Below are positions 58,564 through 64,000 of a stretch of 64,000 bases of DNA, one piece after another. Where the stretch lies: the NCBI GenBank assembly GCA_964230645.1, contig CAXRHT010000001.1:736001-800000 (forward strand), in the 5' to 3' direction. The translations under genes and the position numbers were made by a program. Numbering within the stretch: position 1 is the stretch's first letter; each line of letters opens with the position of its first letter. The notes under the pieces were generated by a model, which was given only the letters and a program-made list of their open reading frames with translations, was not told the DNA's origin and ran no database searches. Origin of the DNA: Bdellovibrionales bacterium (GTDB lineage: Bacteria > Bdellovibrionota > Bdellovibrionia > Bdellovibrionales > JAGQZY01).

Positions 58564-59432
58564 GCCTTATGACCGACACCGACAATGGAGAAGAAAAAAA
58601 AGCCTTTGTCTATATCATCTCGGATGGAACTGGCGAAACAGCGGCCATCATGACCCGAGCAGCTGTGGTTCACTACTCAAAGTTTGATTTTCATATTGTA
58701 CGCAATAAAAATATTCGCTCAGAGTCTCAAGTTGAAAATGTCGTCAATGAAGCCTTTAAAAGAGGGGCTCTTATTGTTCATACCGTGGTGACCCCTACCC
58801 TGAGGCAATACCTTGAGGAAAAAGCGGCTGAAAAAAACGTTCTGCAAGTTGATCTTCTCGGTCCCCTTTTACAAACCTTGGATCAATTTTTAAATGTTGA
58901 GAACAATGACAGAGAAGCCGGTAAATTGCGCTCAGTGGATGATAAATATTTTCGCCGTGTGGAAGCCATCGAATTCTCGGTCAAACATGATGATGGAAAA
59001 GTTTCTAACGACCTGGACAAGGCTGACATTATTCTCGTGGGTATCAGTCGAACCAGTAAAACGCCTTTGAGTCTTTTTCTGGGGTACAAGGGCTGGAAAG
59101 TAGCTAATATCCCTTTAGTCAAAGGCACCCCTCTTCCCGATGAGCTTTTCGAGGTGGATCAAAGAAAGGTTGTGGGCTTGACTATTGAGCCCAGCAGCCT
59201 TCAGAAGATTCGAAAAAATCGCCTGGAAAAGTTTGGACAAGATCCTGGTGGAGAGTACGCAAGGCTCGATAACATCTACGATGAAATTGAGTACGCCAAA
59301 GGTATATTTCAAAAGTACAAGCGCTGGCCTGTTTTAAATGTGACCGATCGTGCTCTTGAGGAAACAGCCTCGGAGATCACACGGATTGTTTGTCAAAGAA
59401 TGGGAATAAAGAATAAAAATTACGTTTTTTAA
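58560..59432 (+). CDS. PEP synthase/PPDK regulatory kinase-pyrophosphorylase (DUF299, PDRP/PpsR)
   Basis: ISDGTGETA, YFRRVEAIEFSVKHDDG, GISRTSKTP, KVANIPL and EETA. Confidence 0.95.
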   Translation: MSLMTDTDNGEEKKAFVYIISDGTGETAAIMTRAAVVHYSKFDFHIVRNKNIRSESQVENVVNEAFKRGALIVHTVVTPTLRQYLEEKAAEKNVLQVDLLGPLLQTLDQFLNVENNDREAGKLRSVDDKYFRRVEAIEFSVKHDDGKVSNDLDKADIILVGISRTSKTPLSLFLGYKGWKVANIPLVKGTPLPDELFEVDQRKVVGLTIEPSSLQKIRKNRLEKFGQDPGGEYARLDNIYDEIEYAKGIFQKYKRWPVLNVTDRALEETASEITRIVCQRMGIKNKNYVF

Positions 59433-59548
59433 AGAGAAGCTTGCTCCTTAATAAGGAAATTTTACAATCCTCCTATAGCTTAGTGTTGGTTCCTTTAAAG
59501 ATCAGTTAACCTCCTATTTTCTCGCCTTTTACAAATAGGAGCTCTTTA

Positions 59549-60667
59549 ATGCCTAAGATCGCCATTTCCACTTGTTTGCTGACTGTCTTTTTTATGACGT
59601 CTCTTCAAGCCTCGGAGCTGTCAGAGAAAGTCGAAAAAAGTGCCTACCGAACCTCACAATTAGAATCTTTTGATCAGGTTTGGAATAAAGTCTCATTAAG
59701 TCCCTGGGAACAAGTCGATCAATGGGGGCGCGAACAGACTCTTCCCCAGTACTCGGGCGTGGGCACTGGCGACTTGATAGAACTTTTATTAAAGGCCTTT
59801 ACCGAAAGCTCCGGTGACATGGATAAGAACTGGCCTTTTGCGGTTAGAAGTCGAGAGCTTTTTACCCATTCAGCAAACTTTAAAAAAGAGCCCAAAGTTA
59901 AATGGCTTCATCCGCGTGGCGTGTGTGCTCAAGGACGTTGGGTGATCCCTGAAAACTCCTCTTCACCGGCCTCAGGACTTTTTGAACCTGGTACTGAAGT
60001 TCCAGTGATCTTGCGCCTTTCCAGTGGGACCAATGCCTCAGAAAGACTTTTAGATGGGGAGCCTCAGGATCGTCTCTTTGGAATGGCTATCAAGCTTTTT
60101 CATTCCACAAACCCGCAAGAACCAACAGTGACATCAAACATAGTGACTCTTGATCAAAAGGGATTCAGTCGAACGGCGAGACCTCATATGTTGCAAGAAG
60201 ATGAAAACGAAGGACCTCTTTACTATACCAATGTGGCTCCCGTTGAAGATATCATTGGTAGCGATAAGCCCTTAAAAACTTTTGCTGGAAAACTTTTAAG
60301 CCGAGCGCTCGATATTTTTGATACGCCCAATTTTGCCAGACCTGTCTATGTAACAGCAAGCCTAAATGATCAAGCGGAGGCCGTTGAAGCACCACAAGTT
60401 CCCTTCGAATTGCGTTTAATTCCTCAGTTTCAAGAGCCTACAAAAAATTATGAAGACTTTCGCCTGGAACTTCTTGATTACAAGGGGGGAGGCTTTGATA
60501 TCGTGATTCAGAAAATGGCCGAATCAGGCGAGACCCTTGCGCTAAAAATTGGGACAATCGAAATCGACTCTCCCATGATAATTTCTGGTAATTGTGATCT
60601 TCGCCTTTCTTTTCACCATAGTCCAAATGAGTGGAAAGACGAATATGAAAGCGATCTTGAAGACTAA
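59549..60667 (+). CDS. secreted catalase-superfamily (catalase-like fold) protein
   Basis: Signal peptide, LHPRGVCAQG (distal His), SGLF...VILRLS and FGMAIKLF. Confidence 0.68.
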   Translation: MPKIAISTCLLTVFFMTSLQASELSEKVEKSAYRTSQLESFDQVWNKVSLSPWEQVDQWGREQTLPQYSGVGTGDLIELLLKAFTESSGDMDKNWPFAVRSRELFTHSANFKKEPKVKWLHPRGVCAQGRWVIPENSSSPASGLFEPGTEVPVILRLSSGTNASERLLDGEPQDRLFGMAIKLFHSTNPQEPTVTSNIVTLDQKGFSRTARPHMLQEDENEGPLYYTNVAPVEDIIGSDKPLKTFAGKLLSRALDIFDTPNFARPVYVTASLNDQAEAVEAPQVPFELRLIPQFQEPTKNYEDFRLELLDYKGGGFDIVIQKMAESGETLALKIGTIEIDSPMIISGNCDLRLSFHHSPNEWKDEYESDLED

Positions 60668-60670
60668 TTT

Positions 60671-61357
60671 TTAAGAGCCCATCTTTGTCGGAGTCATCAT
60701 TACCTCTCGAACATTGTTGCGAGGATTGGCTTCCATAGCATAGAGCACGGCCTCTGCCACGTCCTCTGGCTTTAGCTTATCAGGCTTTGGCTCATCAAAA
60801 AATGGGGTATCCACCATCCCGGGGCAAATGGTCGTACAGCGCCCCTGCCACTTTTCCATTTCCCGGGCTAAGTTTTGCCCAAAACCATACGCAAACCATT
60901 TGGATGCGCCATAGATGGAACCAGGCATAGGGATTCTTCCAGCCACCGAGGCTGTCAAAAGAAAATGTCCTTTTCGATCTTTTAAATGAGGAAGCGTGGT
61001 TTTAGCCGTCCACAAAAGTCCTTTCACATTGATATCAATCAGTTTGTCCCATTCTTCAGGATCTCCGTTTTCCGTTCCAGCTTTGGATAGACCGGTTCCG
61101 GCGTTGGCAAAAACAACATCCAAGTGCCCCCAGTGATCAATGGCTTTAGAGACCATGTGGTCCATCTCATCAAATGATGTGGCGTCCGCAGGAAGTGCGA
61201 TGGCTTGATCCTCTCCTACTTCCGAGACAATTTGGTTGAGGAGCTCACCTCTTCTTGCCGTGAGCACTAAATGATAACCCTTACTTGCCGCCAATAGTGC
61301 CGTTTGTTTGCCGATTCCACTGGAAGCGCCAGTGATGAGCATAATTTTTTTATCCAC
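60671..61357 (-). CDS. short-chain dehydrogenase/reductase
   Basis: TGASSGIG, ANAG, YGASK (YxxxK) and PGMVDT. Confidence 0.95.
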   Translation of the reverse strand: MDKKIMLITGASSGIGKQTALLAASKGYHLVLTARRGELLNQIVSEVGEDQAIALPADATSFDEMDHMVSKAIDHWGHLDVVFANAGTGLSKAGTENGDPEEWDKLIDINVKGLLWTAKTTLPHLKDRKGHFLLTASVAGRIPMPGSIYGASKWFAYGFGQNLAREMEKWQGRCTTICPGMVDTPFFDEPKPDKLKPEDVAEAVLYAMEANPRNNVREVMMTPTKMGS

Positions 61358-61450
61358 GAGGTCTCCTTAAAGTTAAATAAGATTAGATAGTAATTTATCA
61401 AATTCATTTTAACTTCGACCTAGTTTCAATCAAATGTTTAAAGAATTAAT

Positions 61451-61482
61451 AAAAAGGAAGGTCCGTTGAAATGACCTTCCTT
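61451..61482 (-). terminator. intrinsic terminator after the spondin gene
   Basis: aaggaaggtc/gaccttcctt 10-bp stem with an A tract. Confidence 0.8.
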
Positions 61483-61495
61483 AAGTTTTTGAATA

Positions 61496-62887
61496 TTAAA
61501 GTTCATCCGCTAGTGGCTGAGGGTTTCCGTCCTCGGCTAGGGCTTCAAGTCCCTTGCGCTTGATCTCTGTATCTTTCACAAAAAGGGGATTTTGAGTGCC
61601 CTCAAAAAGGACTGCCACTCCAGGAGTCACAGGAGTGGGAGAGTTCTGAGCTGTAGTGATGATCAGCTCAAAAGTTCCCTGGTCATCAATTCGAGTGAGC
61701 TCAACGTCAACTATATCGGCAACACTCGGGGCATCCTCGGAGTCGACAACTCTAACAAGAGCGTTGTCGTCTTCTGGTCCGGTATTTGCCTCGGGTTGAT
61801 TGGGAGCTTGATTATCACCTTGGCCGAAAGCTTGATCTTCTTCAGTTCCAGCATCCCAAAGTGTTAGCTCCTCAGTGATCACCGCTGTTACTTCATCACT
61901 TGTCAGAGCCCAAACGTCTAAGCCTTCATTCGCAAGGGGCGCAATAAACCAGTCGTTAGACTTTGCGACCATCGTGGCTAAGGTCAATCTCTCACCTTCC
62001 TGTGCTTTGAACTCAACACTGTAGCTCATACCAGGTGCCAAGGGTCCGGCTTCGTTAGCCCCCACCGGGGTATTAAAAAGCAAGTGATCGATAATATTCA
62101 CAGCCTCTAAATCTCCAACGGGGTTACTGTTTGCCGCAAGATCTTCTCCTAGCTTGTCAGGGTTACCATCTTCGGCCAGTGCTTCAAGGCCTTGAAGTTT
62201 CGCCTCAGAGTCGGCAACAAAAATAGGATTTTGATCGCCTGAGTAAATGGCAATCACTCCTGGAGTCACCGGACTTTGAGAATCATCCACTGTGGATATT
62301 ACGATTCGATAAAGACCGTCACTATCAAGGCGAGTCAATTGAACTTGGATATATTTCTCGACTTGTCCCAACTCCCCTTCCACTAAACGCACGGTCGCGT
62401 TGTCGTCCGCGGGCCCAGTGTTGGGCTCAGGTTGACGAGGCGCTTGGTTAGGGCCTTCACCAAAAGTTTCATCCTCTTCGGTTCCTGCATCCCAGACCGC
62501 AAATTCTGAGGTTATATCTTTATCAAACTGCCCTTCGGTTAAAGCCGCAAGGTCTAGCCCTTCGTTGGCTCTCGGTGCAATAAACCAATCATTTGTTTGT
62601 GCCACCATGGAGGCGAGTGTCACCCTTTCGTCTTCGTTTATGGTAAACTCCATAGAGTAACTCATTCCGGGCTCAGCAGGCCCCGCATCGGAACTCCCCA
62701 CGGGTGTATTGAAAATCATGTGGTCAGCCACATTCACATCATCGAGCTTTTGCATCACCTGATCTTCATTAACATCCGGATTGATGGCCAGTGCTGGAAC
62801 ATTGTCTGTGGAATCACAAGCGGTCACCACCAGTGCCAGTGACGCTAAAACCATAAGCCCCATTTTTGTTTTAAGAAAATGCCTCAT
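61496..62887 (-). CDS. Spondin_N-domain lipoprotein with internal duplication
   Basis: Lipobox VTAC and two copies of FNTPVG...M..(S/T)NDWF...WDAGTE...PVTPGV...GLEALAEDGNP. SD AAGGAGG. Confidence 0.88.
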   Translation of the reverse strand: MRHFLKTKMGLMVLASLALVVTACDSTDNVPALAINPDVNEDQVMQKLDDVNVADHMIFNTPVGSSDAGPAEPGMSYSMEFTINEDERVTLASMVAQTNDWFIAPRANEGLDLAALTEGQFDKDITSEFAVWDAGTEEDETFGEGPNQAPRQPEPNTGPADDNATVRLVEGELGQVEKYIQVQLTRLDSDGLYRIVISTVDDSQSPVTPGVIAIYSGDQNPIFVADSEAKLQGLEALAEDGNPDKLGEDLAANSNPVGDLEAVNIIDHLLFNTPVGANEAGPLAPGMSYSVEFKAQEGERLTLATMVAKSNDWFIAPLANEGLDVWALTSDEVTAVITEELTLWDAGTEEDQAFGQGDNQAPNQPEANTGPEDDNALVRVVDSEDAPSVADIVDVELTRIDDQGTFELIITTAQNSPTPVTPGVAVLFEGTQNPLFVKDTEIKRKGLEALAEDGNPQPLADEL

Positions 62888-63087
62888 ATCTCCTCCTTAT
62901 GGAAAATGGAAAAATATTGAATTTCGATACTCAGGCATTTTTGATTTTTTTGGTTGAAGGCATGTTGCTGTTAATGTGTAGTTAGCTAATTAAATGTTTT
63001 TTAGTAATAGACCTATCACTTTTACGAAATTCTTTAAACTTGAGTTCAGAACTTTCTCCTAGAAGAAAACAACAATTGCTCCAAATT

Positions 63088-63119
63088 AAAAAGGGCTCTA
63101 GCTACGATCTAGAACCCTT
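63088..63119 (-). terminator. intrinsic terminator (minus strand)
   Basis: aagggctctag/ctagaaccctt stem preceded by an A tract. Confidence 0.6.
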
Positions 63120-63210
63120 GAAAAGTGCTGCAATTATTACGTTACAACATCTGTTTGAACACAACAAAAAGCGAAACATCGCTAAGTAAACTTGTCACAA
63201 TGGAAAATTT

Positions 63211-63516
63211 TTACCTCCTCTCCCGTCTAACGTTAAAATTGTACTGTCTGCTATCAAAAATTAGGTTTTCTGTTATCTCTATGTCATAGAAATTCAGTCC
63301 TCCTGTTTGGTTTTTAAAAAATTGAAATTGGCAATAACTCCTTTCCATTTTTTCTGGTGCCAAAACTAACCAGCCACCCTCTTCAATTTGCAAAGCCTGT
63401 ACCTGGATTGAAAAATCAGTTTCAAACTGAACTTTTTTCAGGAACCTAGTGCGAGATCTAAAGAATTTAACAAGGTGAAAAAAATGAAGTCTGAACTTGT
63501 GAAATGAGAAATCCAA
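63211..63516 (-). CDS. possible small degenerate PilZ-like protein
   Basis: 101-aa ORF with TTG start and RSRTR...LQIEEGGW spacing. It sits between an upstream minus-strand gene and a terminator. Confidence 0.3.
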   Translation of the reverse strand: MDFSFHKFRLHFFHLVKFFRSRTRFLKKVQFETDFSIQVQALQIEEGGWLVLAPEKMERSYCQFQFFKNQTGGLNFYDIEITENLIFDSRQYNFNVRRERR

Positions 63517-63571
63517 TGAATGGGAAAGCTTTACAGGGAGCTTCCCAATTTTGTCACAATAAAGATGTTAA

Positions 63572-64000
63572 TTATCGATTGGGGCAACGAACACGGTCGT
63601 CAGGAATACCGTTTTCATTGGCGTACTTGGTGTACTGTTGGCAGACTCTTCCGAAAAGAAACGAATCTTTAGCTCCAAATTCAAGAGAACTGGCAAGGCC
63701 CCTTTGCCTTCTCATATGTTTTTGCAGCATGTCTCTAAAATTAGGGTCATTTTTACTAAGAGCGGCCAATCTTTTTAAGCGATTTTTTTCGGCCAAGGCC
63801 GCACTCGCCCGCATTCTGGAAGCATGAGATCCACCGGATCCACTCATTCCAAAAAATCGCTCACCGAGTCCCTTGGCAATTCCAGCAAGCCTTCCTAAGA
63901 GTCCATCTCCACTAGTTGAAGAACCACCTGAAGCCGCAGCACCACCGCCACCAGAACCTCCTGAGGCAGAAAAACCGCCACTACCACCAGCACCACCACC
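63572..64000 (-). CDS. 3' end of a Gly/Ser-rich hypothetical protein (starts beyond the right edge)
   Basis: The frame is open from 64000 (GGGAGGSGGFSASGGSGGGG...) to the stop at 63572. Confidence 0.75.
   Translation of the reverse strand, partial: GGGAGGSGGFSASGGSGGGGAAASGGSSTSGDGLLGRLAGIAKGLGERFFGMSGSGGSHASRMRASAALAEKNRLKRLAALSKNDPNFRDMLQKHMRRQRGLASSLEFGAKDSFLFGRVCQQYTKYANENGIPDDRVRCPNR

Noticed and set aside
63142..63198. 18-aa hydrophobic minus-strand ORF (possible type I toxin) after AGGAGGT
   Set aside because: The SD-to-GTG spacing of 14 nt is too long and there is no evidence of an antisense RNA.
63504..63827. 107-aa + strand ORF
   Set aside because: It is the antisense shadow of the Gly-rich minus-strand gene.

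Overview
Gene-dense 64 kb chromosomal segment of a Gram-negative bacterium. It is most likely a Bdellovibrionota-type (predatory, deltaproteobacteria-like) organism; this is inferred from an Agl-Glt-like gliding operon, a TIGR02147/DUF4423-like regulator, split comEC and many secreted hypothetical proteins. In order it holds: a divergent PAS histidine kinase / CheB-CheR-PAS pair; YceI plus a lipoprotein cytochrome c; a ten-gene Agl-Glt-like motor/adhesion operon; a 178-bp near-perfect palindrome; a TIGR02147-like divergon with secreted proteins; a membrane-anchored subtilase with a cytoplasmic PilZ domain; ppiD; mreC-mreD-mrdA-rodA; trxA; a REC-DnaJ-TPR gene followed by a 27-bp tandem repeat and nested REP-like hairpins; an atypical kdsA; lptF; a dprA/LysM versus comEC divergon with a DnaA-box cluster between them; ald; lpxC; ruvCAB; efp; tamB with an Omp85 gene; an RsmB-type methylase; nrdR-nusB-PDRP; a catalase-like secreted protein; an SDR; and a tandem spondin lipoprotein. 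I see no rRNA, tRNA, CRISPR array, transposase or phage genes. The best leads are the S8-TM-PilZ protease under a sigma28-like leaderless promoter, the Asp-to-Ser stator subunit of the gliding motor, the DnaA-box cluster in the competence divergon, the two long hairpin elements, the structured ald leader and the KdsA with altered substrate motifs. All family calls come from motif recognition by eye; no database searches were run.
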